A DNA stretch of 50,126 bases, counting the filler, from Catajapyx aquilonaris (lineage: Eukaryota): NCBI GenBank assembly GCA_000934665.2. It is 2 parts of 2 records of this genome, joined end to end, with 100 filler letters (N's around TTAATTAATTAA, not from the genome) between each part and the next. Parts side by side here need not be neighbours in the genome. Positions count along the whole stretch, not along the records: positions 25,037 to 50,126 come from JYFJ02005448.1; 1 more part is not named here. One strand, written 5' to 3'. This document shows, piece after piece, positions 33,683 to 45,161 of the stretch. Numbering within the stretch: position 1 is the stretch's first letter; each line of letters opens with the position of its first letter. The notes beneath the pieces were generated by a model, which saw only the letters and a program-made list of their open reading frames with translations, had not been told where the DNA came from and did not search any database. Position numbers and translations under genes: made by a program.

Positions 33683-34718
33683 CACTATAAACATGTAATT
33701 GCTAACAGGAGTAAGTTTAAAAATCTAATTTCAATTTTAATGTGCCTTACCTTTTTCTCTTCCAGTTTTCGTAAATCTGGGGATAAAATGAGACAGACCA
33801 CGCCAAAAAGTAGATCCATCCAGTCACGGCACTGACTATTTCCAGCGACTTGTAATGCACTACAGTCACTCGAATAAATGCTTCCGTAGTGCTTGAGAAC
33901 AGAAATGTGTGGGTGTTAATGTCACTATAAACATTACGCAATTACGTCAAGTTTCCACCAGCTTATTTTCCAATAGGAAAAAGAAGACGCATGCATAAAA
34001 TAACATAATACAATTTAGCCAAAATGATTTCTGTTATTAAAGTTATTACATTTTCATTGATAACCCAAGTAAGGAGTAATCCAAGGCAGACTCACTCAAT
34101 ATCTGGTTTGCTGGAATTGGCGGTGATAACTACATGTCCTGCTTGGATGCCATGCACTGTGAGCTTCTCCTCAGATTTGTTGACAAATTTGAAAGAAGGT
34201 ATGGGAGACACAATTCCAACATCATTAATGTAGATGTTGACAGTAAAATTCTCATCCTGAAAGGTCCTAAATAAATAGCAACTTTTATAAATATCTCTGA
34301 ATATGCATCGTAATACAAGAGAAGTCATGCATGAGTCATGAATGAGAGCTTTTTATAGCATAACTCAATGGTAGTCGGTACTGAAGTAGCAATAAAATAT
34401 TGTCATTATTGTTACGTATTCACTCTCACACATTCGGTAACATCAGAGAGTTTTCGCTTATAAAATACAATAACATTACCCCGTGTAGATTAAGCTGAAG
34501 GAGGAGTTCCTGTCTACTTCCACGTACAGGTCATGGCTTTTGACGTCAATTGACCCTTGAAAAAGCAATAAAATCCCAGCTGTTACAATTGAATAACTGG
34601 CACTATTTTTAACATGGTCAATACCAGCAAGGGTCGTCCTGTTGTTCGTTACAGCTGTCACACTCCACATGCAGTTCCACAAAAAGACCCAAACCAAAAC
34701 ATGTTTATAAGGCATCAT
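32123..34718 (-). CDS. CTNS: Cystinosin-like PQ-loop transporter, derived paralog B, 383 aa
   Basis: complement join(34625..34718,34480..34555,34096..34266,33751..33891,33491..33590,33308..33427,32853..33141,32690..32792,32123..32180), 1152 nt in frame. [46 protein letters not shown]. Confidence 0.92.
33601..33680. repeat. (AAT)n microsatellite in CTNS-B intron 4
   Basis: About 27 units abutting the acceptor region. Confidence 0.93.
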
Positions 34719-36119
34719 TTTCTCAGTGATGCACCATGACAAGCCAGAACTAAAACTGAGTAAGTCTTAACTTTCCCTATGCCTACTCACAATCACATGT
34801 TGACATTTTGTGATAGGCATGTGACAGATGCTGTTCCTCTATTCCTGAGGTGCCCAAGTAGAAGTGGTGTCGGGTGCACAACTAAAAGCACATGGCTTCA
34901 TATCCTATTTCAAACACTGATAACCAGAGTCTGACAGATTGTAATATTTTAGACTCTGATGTTCTCTTATTCATGCTGAAAAGAGGGGAAAAACAAGCAG
35001 TCAGTATATAACGATCCATAATAATTGAAGGAGTACCTGGAAGTGTGGTAAGTTGTAAGTGGAAAAATTACTTAAAATAGCAGGGCCCAAGGCCAAACTC
35101 GGCAGTATTATCTGAGGTTTTATTAGGCGCAGAATTTTTACTGTCATTCCATGCTTACTTAGTCATACGGTGAAACATTTGAAAGCTCAAAATGTTCCAA
35201 TTGGAGATGATTTTTATTTTCATACGTGAATTTCTTAGATCATGATGATTACAAGTCGACCTTTAGACAAATTCCGATTCTAGTTGGAAAAGGTAAATCC
35301 ACGAGGCATTGGCCACTGATTTTTGCAGCAAACTTTAATTTGATTTCACAAAGTGATTTGTAATGTGTGTTTACACCTGATTAAGTGAGTGGCTGGCCGA
35401 TGAGTACGTGGTTGGTGGGGTGAGATGCATATATACCTCGTATATCAGTCTGGCAGCAAATAAAATTATTAATGTCAAGAGCTCTTGTCAAGCCACTGAC
35501 ATGTTGAGGTTCAAGGACTTGAAACTTCTTCTACCTTAGTAATTTATATGTACAGTACACTTCCATGACAGAATACTTGCCACTCTTTCAGCAGGGAGGA
35601 TGAATTTTTTTTAGCCATTTACAGGTGACCTTCACAATAAGTCAACTTGATGGTTATGATCAGTTATGCAAATAGTACTACAACTTCTGATCTGGCGGAT
35701 TACAAATGAGGTCAGAGCAATGTTGCATAAATAATAAAGTGCAGATACGAGGCATAAATATTTTTTCCATTCATAATATTATTCACAGTGATTATATAAA
35801 GGGTTACAATCAGTCAGGTCATTATTTTTACAAAGTACAAAGTTGAAATGATGATATGCTGACATGTACAAAACTGAAACGGGCCTTTACAATTTATTAT
35901 GTACAGTTTACAAGAACCTTCTCAGTAACATTATGACAAATGCATCATTTAAATCCAGTCAGTGCTTTACAAATTAAAATGTGCAAATACTGTACATTGC
36001 TGTGTATAGTAATACCATCAAGTCCATTCTCTTCCAGTCTTTTTTACAGTAAGGAAAGGCTTCATTACGAGGCCGATTATGAGATTCTCCCAATGTGTTC
36101 AACATTATGCAATATTAAT

Positions 36120-39100
36120 TCACTGGTTCACAGATGAAGTAGGATTGGGATCATCCATTACTTCTTCATAAGGATCACGGCCCCTGCAATTAATGAAAAA
36201 TTTCCATCAGTTCACTAGTCAAGCACTTCTTTGTCTGTATTTATAATTTATAAAATTCTGAAAGAAAGACACTGCTTGTTTGCCTTCAAACAATACCTTT
36301 TTTTTTTTCATGCAACACGTTAGTACTTTTCAGGGATAGAAACAGAATCGTCCAAACTCTCTCGTTCAGTATCATGCCGTGGTTTATGTCTACAAGTCGA
36401 AAGAAGTTGGTGTTAGTGTTGTTAGTATAAAAGCGCTGTCACAAGGCACCGATTTTCCGCAGAAACAAAGAAAGCAATTCTGTTATTGGAAGCATTCTGT
36501 AACTGTCAAACCAAAAGCATAAGTCTTTGCACTGTCAAAAATTCAAGGCCTTATATAGTTTATGTAGCTCACATAACTTCATTTCACAATTTTACTGTCT
36601 CAATGAGTTAATTTACTTCATTACTTCCCAATCCACTACTTTAAAAAACTTTCAATACAGTGCGACATAAATTGCAAATATTTTCCAACAGTCTATTTGA
36701 TTTGTGACTTTGGAGTATCGAGTTGGCAAATTATGCCTCTTAAATAGCATATCAATAACAGACTGAGAGTCATATCTTAGAGACATCCACCATATTATGC
36801 TACCAGAAATCTTGCATTGAAGCTAGTACAATCCCCAGATTTCTATGGTATCAATGCAACGGCACAGTTGCAACTCCAGCAAACTGTCAAATGATTGTAC
36901 AGGACAATCCATTACATATGATGTCCAATGACATTCTACTCTTTTAAACCTAAATCTGAAGGCTGGAAAATATTTGTTTACTGCCTGTAGTTCGAGTCAT
37001 AACATTAAAACAGAATAAGGCCAGGGTATGCTTTGTCACTTCTTGTCTAGTCAGTCAGCAATGGTAACAGGAAAGGGTTGTTTTGAGCAGCAAGCAGGTT
37101 GAGGTCAGACACATCAGAAAAACAATTCTTATGGGTACTACATAACAAACACACAGAATGCAGATAACTAAGGCAGTATTAAAAGCAATTAAAGGCTGGC
37201 TTTGTAAGGTTTCACGACCCAAATGCACCAATCAACTTCAGGACATCGAATATTTTCCAAATAACTTCGCTCAATCACCAACTAATGAAGCCGACTGGTC
37301 CGCAACTTGGGATGGTGCACTTAAGCAATGACTTTTCCCCAGTACACGTACCTGTATAGAGCGTAGTGCTGCACCATGAAGAACACATCAAATATTATGG
37401 AGAAGAATCCCAAACCAAACTTTGTGAAATCACCAAATATTGAAGTCCAATCATCTGCAATAAACAGGTCATGTTAAGATCATGTCAATCAATGAAAAGG
37501 TCAACTTGTTCTTTCAACCCACCATTATTATATGAAAGGAGAAACATCTGCAATATACTGAAAGATCCACCAGTGAAATCAAGCATGACATTTCCTATGC
37601 TCCAGCCCACTGTTGACTTCCGCCTGAAGTTCATGTACGCCTGTGGCATGTACTTGATGAGCGTGATGCCCAGCTTCACATTTGCACACACATTCAGGAA
37701 AGTGAGCCACTCAAAGACACTGGCTGCGGCTAATATGAAGCATATCAGCACAGTGGCAACAATAGCACCCAGTAGGACCAGAGCTACTCTTGAGACCCGC
37801 TGATTTCCTCTCTCATATATAATGCACTGGATTATGGTCACGAAGGTGGCAAAGGTTGCATGCATTGTGAATACAACGTCGTTCAACTGCACAGGATTAC
37901 TTGCTTGTGGCTTTGGAGCAAAGTATTCATGCTGGAAAAAACATAACAGAAATGTGTATAAGAACTGTATTACACTATTAAAAAATAAATAATTTTATAC
38001 ATAAATAATTTCATACACAAATAATTCAATGCAAAAAAGGAAATAAATATCAGATATATGTATAATTTAGTGAACAAGCCATTCATAATCTTGAACTAAA
38101 ATTTTATTTGCACTATAATGACTTTCACTAATTGTAATATTATTATTCAATTATTGCACAGAAGAGGTTCTAGAAGATTATCAAAAGTCACATAAAAAAG
38201 ATATTGCCATTTACTCGCAAGAACTATTGTAACGTTAATTGCAGTGTAATTGACTGATATACACTTTGGCGAGAGGTCATGCAACTGAAATTATCTGGTA
38301 ATTGTTATATCTCTATTTACCTTTACTTCTGGGATCCAAAACAAGCCCACGTTGAACAAACCGTAGAGAAAAAATCCAGTCAGGTTGAGTGTCACAAAGT
38401 CAAAGTTCAGACCTACAACACTGAAGCAACAGAAAATTAATATAACTACACACACAATTTACTGGATGCAAACCAACCTTTTCCTCTTAAAGTTCTGGAT
38501 GATTTGCGGATAAAACGAAATGGACCAGGCAGCAAAGTAAATCCATCCCACCACATCACTGAAGACAGCTAAGGCTTTGAAGTGGACAACAGTTATCCTC
38601 ATAAAGGCTTCATCATGACTGTCAAGAAAAAACATTTCGCATTTAAAAAAAGGGAGAGTCAATCAAAAGTAACAAGTAAATATGAATGAAAATAACTTAC
38701 TCCACTGTAGAGTTTGAGTCAGTCACATTTGTGGTTAGAATCACATGTCCAGGGCTTAGTCCGTGAATGGCAACAATCTTCTGCTTGTCATTGACTTCAA
38801 ATTCTACGTCGGGCACAGGTGATATAATCCCAGGAATACTCGAGTTAAAATTGACTGTAAAGGGTTCATATCGAGGAAGACTGGAAGCAAAAAAAAGGAG
38901 ACAAAGTTCAGTACCAGCACTTGACTCATCTTCAGTTTTTCTCCTTATCCAAAGTCTCTGTGACGTACTTTGTAAAGGTTGTTTGTAAGAAAGGCCTTGA
39001 GAGGATCGTGGATGGCATGGAGAGATAAGTGTCATTAGAGGAGGAAATCAAGATCTTTACCCGATGTACACCAGAGGAAAGGTGGCGTTCTCCCCTTTCT

Positions 39101-40445
39101 CCAACGTGAGGTCATTATCTTTGACAGCAATGAGAGGGCAGTGATGACCTCTAAGCTGACCTGTGGAAAAAAAAAAAGTTGATCACAATCACATGCTACA
39201 CCATCAATCTCCCAACAAACAAGCTTTTATCTACAGAGTACTTGCACGCCTCTGATTAAATGCTTGTCACTAAAATCCAGTAATCGCCAGTTTTCATGCA
39301 GAACGTTGAATAAAACTTTTCAGTTATAGAAAATAATGACATCTTATTTATATTTACAATATTTCACCATTAATGACATAATATGTAGGTGACAATTGGT
39401 CATTGCAATTTAATTGCATCATCCTGACACCTCATTCAAGACAACTGAACAAATGCTGACAGTGAACAAACATCAAGTTAACTGATTATTCCCTTAAGCA
39501 CTACAGAGCACCAATGAGATTTTAAATAACACATTCACGAAATATTTTTGCTCGAAGAAAATACAATCAATGATATGAACAAATTTCAAGCTGTAATTAT
39601 GTTATCAAATTCTCCACCATATTCTCCACGATAATGACTAATAAGATTCATCAATTGTACGTCAGACATTATCATGAGTTTGTTGTACTTTCCTTGTAAC
39701 ATTTCAAACTGATAATTTTAACTCGCTAGGGTCCAACTTGACATAGCTTATCTGAGTAAATTTGAGAAACTGATCAATGAGTCCTCATTCAAATCTGGCC
39801 AGATTAACAATGCCGTTAAAATTAATGTACATAAAATCATTTGCCTGGAAAAAGAGTTTTTCATTGCTAAACAAGGCATTTGCAATATCTTTCTTAGTTC
39901 TCACATGCTGCATTTGCTAGAACGCAGTTTTACCAGATGGTCCACACTGATCCAACATGTAATTAACAATAGTGCCTGCGAACCTTCATTCTTAAGTGGG
40001 GCTTAAATGATGCCACGCTGGAGAGGAACACACGATAACATCACTTAAGATGCATTTCCCATGAAAAATACCTTGTCATGCAGCCAATGAGAACCTATAG
40101 ATAGCAAGATAACACCTAAATATAATTTCCTCAAGCACTTATGCATTCATTTCTGTGAAGTGCCAATATCTATTCATAAATTCTAAGTTGGCCTCTCCCC
40201 AAGATAATCCTCAACAAGATTAGGGGTAATCTAGGCGTGAACTTTTCCTGCTCAATCAGCCCGTACTGTGCGTAAATTTTCAAAGACATATCCGTACCTT
40301 GTGTCAAATTCAAGCAGTGGTTGACCTTCTCCGTCGTGACCACCACCACATCTGTCGTGACTCCTCTTGTGGTGGTTCCAGTAGGCAATGTCCACGCAAC
40401 GCTCCAGAGAATCACGAAAAAGCAGACCGACTTTGCACCCAACAT
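36120..40445 (-). CDS. CTNS: Cystinosin (lysosomal cystine/H+ exporter), canonical paralog C, 414 aa
   Basis: complement join(40298..40445,39061..39160,38701..38880,38478..38618,38321..38420,37523..37931,37352..37454,36120..36183), 1245 nt in frame. [64 protein letters not shown]-tail RGRDPYEEV (YxxPhi). Confidence 0.95.
36320..36389 (-). CDS. Putative alternative terminal exon of CTNS-C ([23 protein letters not shown])
   Basis: TACTAAC branch point (plus strand 36421-36427), pyrimidine tract CTTCTTTCGACTTGTAG, and the correct phase 2 continuation to a stop. Confidence 0.55.
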
Positions 40446-40901
40446 TGTCACCTTTTTTTCTTTTCAGTAATTAATTAAAATGTATATACACCCCGACCGG
40501 TGTGATCCTGAGGAACGATTAGGGTCGGTCCAGTCCAAAGGGGACTCTTTTATACTTGCCTCTCCTGGTTCCCCCCCGTGACGTATTCGAGTGGTATCGG
40601 TCGCAAAAATCCAAAGGCTGCCGCATGTCACTCTCTTTATCACACTTTTTCTTCCTCCAGCACGTGATCAGTGATCAATCAGCAGCACTTCATGGGCGCC
40701 GCCATCTTTGAATCTCTTCAGCTGCTCAGCTCCGCCCACCACATGACGTCACGAGTGTTCCATTACAATCTGATTGCACTAAAATTACGATATGAACATG
40801 TAATATTTAATACTACATATTTTAAAAATATCTGTTAATTAAAAGTGAGCAATTAGTTGTATGGTAATACCGGGTAACACTAACAGTGACGTCATTCCAA
40901 C
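40446..40901. promoter_or_regulatory. Bidirectional promoter of CTNS-C and mRpL55
   Basis: 456 bp between the divergent ATGs. Minus-strand TATAAAAG 40547-40554, E-box CACGTG 40661-40666, YY1-type GCCGCCATCTT 40698-40708, GC box 40730-40737, CRE palindromes TGACGTCA 40744-40751 and 40887-40894, AACATGGCGGC twice at 40899-40921. Confidence 0.7.
40679..40705 (-). other. Candidate upstream micro-ORF MAAPMKCC* 5' of CTNS-C
   Basis: AAG-ATG GCG GCG CCC ATG AAG TGC TGC TGA in strong Kozak context. Transcription of this segment is unproven. Confidence 0.35.
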
Positions 40902-42459
40902 ATGGCGGCAAACATGGCGGCGTTAAAATGTGCTCTGGAGATGTGTAAGCGAGCGTTTTTGGGCAGTTTTGGAGCCGGTTCGAGGCCTGTGTGAGTATTA
41001 CAGATTGGTAGACAAATAGGCATCGAGTCTGCTACTTAGAGAGCAAAGAAAATACATGGGATTTGCTGTGAACTTGTAGAACAACTGGTTTTTTAAAAAA
41101 GTAAGTATGATAATTCATGTGTGTTTTTTCTAGGCTTCCAGTGCGCGATATCAACTCTCAGACTACGGCTGTGACGAGGATAAAAAGGCTGAAGTACGCC
41201 CGGATGTACCCGACACTCTTGGTCAGGCCAGATGGGTCCACCTTGACCATACGCTACCACGAACCAAGGAAGATCATCAAGGTGCAGATAATAGCAATGA
41301 GAAGTGACTGCAGCAGTCTTGTCGTTTCCTTATCAGATTTATCAAAAATAAGTACAGAGTATGCTGGTACTGTACTTGTGCACAGAACATATAGAAAACT
41401 GCACTTATTTTTTTCGCACTTGTTAATTCTGGGCTGTGGTACTAATGTGAGTTACATGTTTCTAAAGAGGGGGAGAAAACTGCTACAGTAATGTACGGAA
41501 AACGAGAACGATCTGACGTCATCGTTTCTTCTATTGTTGCTTTTTGTTGGCAATGTTTCGCAATGTTTACTCGTATTGTTCTGCGAGGGCATTTCCATAG
41601 GTCGTTCTCTCATTTTCCGTACATTATTATTATATTAATGTGATAGATTGAAGGATTACACATAGGCCTAGATACTGGAACACTGCCAATGAGGATGAGA
41701 GCATTACATAATAAAATGATAATTATGTGATCATTTATCCCATCGTCAAAATGGAATAACTGATAAAAAGAGACTCTGGAAATCACCTGCTACGTTATCC
41801 TGTTGTGTAACATAGTAACATGTATTTATCCCCTTCTTAGCAATATTGATTTATTGCATTATTCGTTAATGATGGAATGGATCAACCTTGTTAGCTCTTT
41901 CATTTTTTTTTATTATTTTTTTTCATTACCCCACGGGGGGAGTTATACTACTCTTTAGGGGGAGTGGGTTGCCACCTTTGGAATTGTTTTTGGAGCGAGT
42001 TTAAGAAGAATCTTAATTAGTATGCTCCAAGGGTGGGTGGGAGGGGATGCGCAAAGTGCAAGTGCAATGTCTCTAATCGTCATTTTGTGAACTCCCCCGG
42101 GTGGCTTAGTCTGCCGGAAATTGCCACCCGAAACGAAGCCAGAGATGGCCCAACTCTGCACGAAAGAAGGTGGGAACCCCGGGTGGGGATTGAACCCGGG
42201 ACCTTAACTTCCGTGGGCGCGCGCGTTACCGCAGCGCCACTCCGTCTCCCCGTTAGCGCTTTCATTATTGGACTCTTACCTTTGTTGTCGTGGCTGAACA
42301 AGTACTTTCTTCCAGCTTCCTTTGGACCTGTCGACCTTGACAGAGGAGGAGAGACGAATCCGTTTGGAGCTTCGGAAACCAAGGAAGAAGCGAGTTGTTC
42401 AAGATGACATCGAAGACACTTTCGATGCCAACCAATACAAACACCTGTGGAAAAACTGA
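40902..42459 (+). CDS. mRpL55: Mitochondrial ribosomal protein L55 (bL31m), 126 aa (122 from the second ATG at 40914)
   Basis: join(40902..40990,41134..41281,42316..42459), in frame. Family motifs TRIKRLKYARMYPTLLVRPDGSTLTIRYHEPRKIIK|LPLDLSTLTEEERRIRLELRKP...FDANQYKHLW. Presequence-like N-terminus. Confidence 0.93.
41489..41626. mobile_element. Small MITE in mRpL55 intron 2
   Basis: TAATGTACGGAAAACGAGAACGA at the left mirrors TCGTTCTCTCATTTTCCGTACATTA at the right. Confidence 0.6.
41905..42251 (-). mobile_element. tRNA-derived SINE (different family) in mRpL55 intron 2
   Basis: Head GGGGAGACGGAG-TGGCGCTGCGG...GGTTCAATCCC, A-rich tail. 15-bp TSD GTTAGC(T/G)CTTTCATT at 41890-41904 and 42252-42266. 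Confidence 0.82.
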
Positions 42460-44992
42460 TGTAAAAAATGCTAGAATATATTAAGTTACCATTTTATGCT
42501 CAAAGTCCACTTGCTTTTTCCCCACTTTTTCTCTCTCTCAAAAAAGACGTCACCAGTAATCCCGGTCTTGAGATAACATCTTTCGATTCAGGTACTTTAG
42601 ATTAAGTGACAAGTTGAACCTGTCACCACTTGGGTGTGTACGCAACAAACTTACAGAATGTCGCCTTGTCTATCTTTACGGGGATTAATGGAAAAAAAAA
42701 AAATCTACATCTTGGGTCATACAGTTCATGCACTGGCCTTCTAATGAAAGTTCTACATGTCAGTCAGCATCTCGTAGGATAATGTAAAATGTAGTTTCAA
42801 GGCCACCAGAAATGGCTGATGGTGTGATTACATTACCACCATCAACATTGAGTAATCTCATCCTATGGAGGAGGGTTTTTCCAATTCATAGGACCTGATT
42901 GGGAGATAAGGTATTATCATTATGAAGTGAGGAAAAAAACCATTCTTTGGCAACAACAAGGCGTCTTTCCAACACTTGAAGGGATATTTTCGTAAGACCT
43001 CCTGGCTGAAAATAATGATAACTTAGCCAATGTTGTGTCAACTTTTGTTGGACTTCGAGATTTTGAAGGAAAAATATTTCCTTTGAAATGCCGGAACAAG
43101 AGAACAGTACTAAGATAAGAAAAGCAAACTTAGGGTTATCTTTAAAGGAGGTAATCCCGATTAAGACTTAAGGAGAAGGTTGATTAATGATGATCCTGAG
43201 TAGGTACATAATGATACGCCTACCGACATGCAGAAAAGTCCGTGGTTTTTTTGAGAGAATTTGTTGTGACATGGAAATAAGGCACCAAAGAACTAGGTCA
43301 GTGGTTTATAAACTTTTTGGGCGTGGGCTAGTCTAAATAAATTGAGACAATTCTTAAGTCAGAAAAATAATTAGCTCACCACTTGTGATGAGTAGTGTAC
43401 ATGTTGAAGCTCATACGCCAATTAACCATTCATGAGTGTGTATTTAGCTCCCCAAGTTAGATTTTCAAGCCTTTTTATTTCCTTGATCACTTCGGAAAAA
43501 TGTTGTCACTTTTGTAATTGAAGCTATAATATCTCACTTTTAATGTTATTTTCACTCTTACATTACATGCAATCTGCAAAATACAAAAGCTTCGGAAAAT
43601 CCCCGAAGCTGGTGCAAATTGCGACATCTCTGAAACTAGTGCCTGTCAAGACTGTCACACTATGATTTGTGTATTTATCAACCTAACAGGGCATTCAACA
43701 AGCATTGAGTTCATCATGCTTTATCAGAAAGGTACAACTGATGACTGATGGATAATTCATCTACGCGTATCTTGCAGGAGAGTACTTGAGATGCGATACC
43801 AAAATGCGGACTTTGTGAAATCCGACAATGTGCAATTGAACACATTCACAGGTACACTGTCCGTGCACATTGAAAAATCGACGGGAAGCATAACGATGAA
43901 TCAATAACACATGCAGATGTTGAGTATTACAATATTACAATTAATAAAATTGGAATGAAATGACCACTTGGCAATGTAGACAGGGCCAAGTGAGAATTTT
44001 ATGAATCTCAATGAACCCATTTGTATTACAAGTGCTGCAATGCATTTAGCTGTTCAGGAGATTACACATTACAATAATTTTTAAATGAAAGCTGCTTACA
44101 ACAGACTGCACTTCAGTGATAGCTGGCTTAAAATATTAGAGCAATTTGACAATCTCCTTGAAAGTAATTACATGGAACTGAGCATAAAACCATGAGATTG
44201 ATTAAAATGGTTCATTTTGATGCAAATAAACTTGAAACCATATGATTGTCATTTATATGCTTAGTAGCAGTGCGAAAGGTTGTTCCTTCTAGAAATGACT
44301 TTTAAGATTTCCTTCCACTTAAACCTTGCAACTGATAAATAATATATTGTATGATCAATGTTGTGTAGTTTGAATGTTTCCCTAAGATCGTTCTCGATTA
44401 TATTCAGAAGGTATCACCCTGCATAACCAATGCACTGCAGTAAGTGGATCAAAAGTTCAGTGAGGTCGAGGTAGGTACGGGGAAAAAAAGGAAATGCTAT
44501 ATACTGTATATCAAAAGGTTTCTACGATTAGAGGAGCATACACAAGGTATTTGGCCTTGTCTGCTGACTGTATATAACAGACTATCAGTTGGAGCCTGAA
44601 ATACATTGCATGACACTACAAGAAAAAGGTACAAAGGTGAAAGTAATGCAAGTCATCTTTGCAGTCCTATGTCTCAAGTAGCTTTGCAAAAACAAACAAC
44701 GTTTTTAGTGACATGGTGCACCATGTTTCCCGAATGACAGTGCAGTGACTTACAAGGTGACTTAGCACATGTAAGACTGAATTTCTTCAGCTCTAGCCTT
44801 TGTCGTTAGTGAAAGACCATTTGCAGCATGACAGGTGGATTTCGATGTGCTTCGTGCTGTCTTGCGTTCAGCAAATACCTTCATTTCGACATATCCCGCT
44901 CACAATATATTGTTCCCAGTGACCTGCACATTTGCCTCCATCTAGAAGACAACAATCGAAACAATACTTGCTCAAAGTAATGAAATAAATAG

Positions 44993-45078
44993 ATACTAGA
45001 CTTACCTATTTGCAGTTTGTCAGACCACCTACATAATTGTATGTGGTCTGACAAACTGCAAATAGGTAAGTATAGTAT
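44993..45078. repeat. Near-perfect palindrome/hairpin 1
   Basis: 41-bp arms with 2 mismatches around a TAAT loop. Confidence 0.9.
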
Positions 45079-45092
45079 ACACAAGTAGTATA

Positions 45093-45161
45093 TACAAGGT
45101 TCAGTCATGAAAGTAAGCCAGTGAATTATTCACTGGCTTACTTTCATGACTGAACCTTGTA
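45093..45161. repeat. Perfect palindrome/hairpin 2
   Basis: 34-bp arm TACAAGGTTCAGTCATGAAAGTAAGCCAGTGAAT, 1-nt spacer, exact reverse complement. Confidence 0.93.

Noticed and set aside
26665..40445. CTNS triplet as a haplotype or assembly duplication
   Set aside because: The copies differ strongly in protein sequence, intron lengths and intron number, so they are old paralogs.
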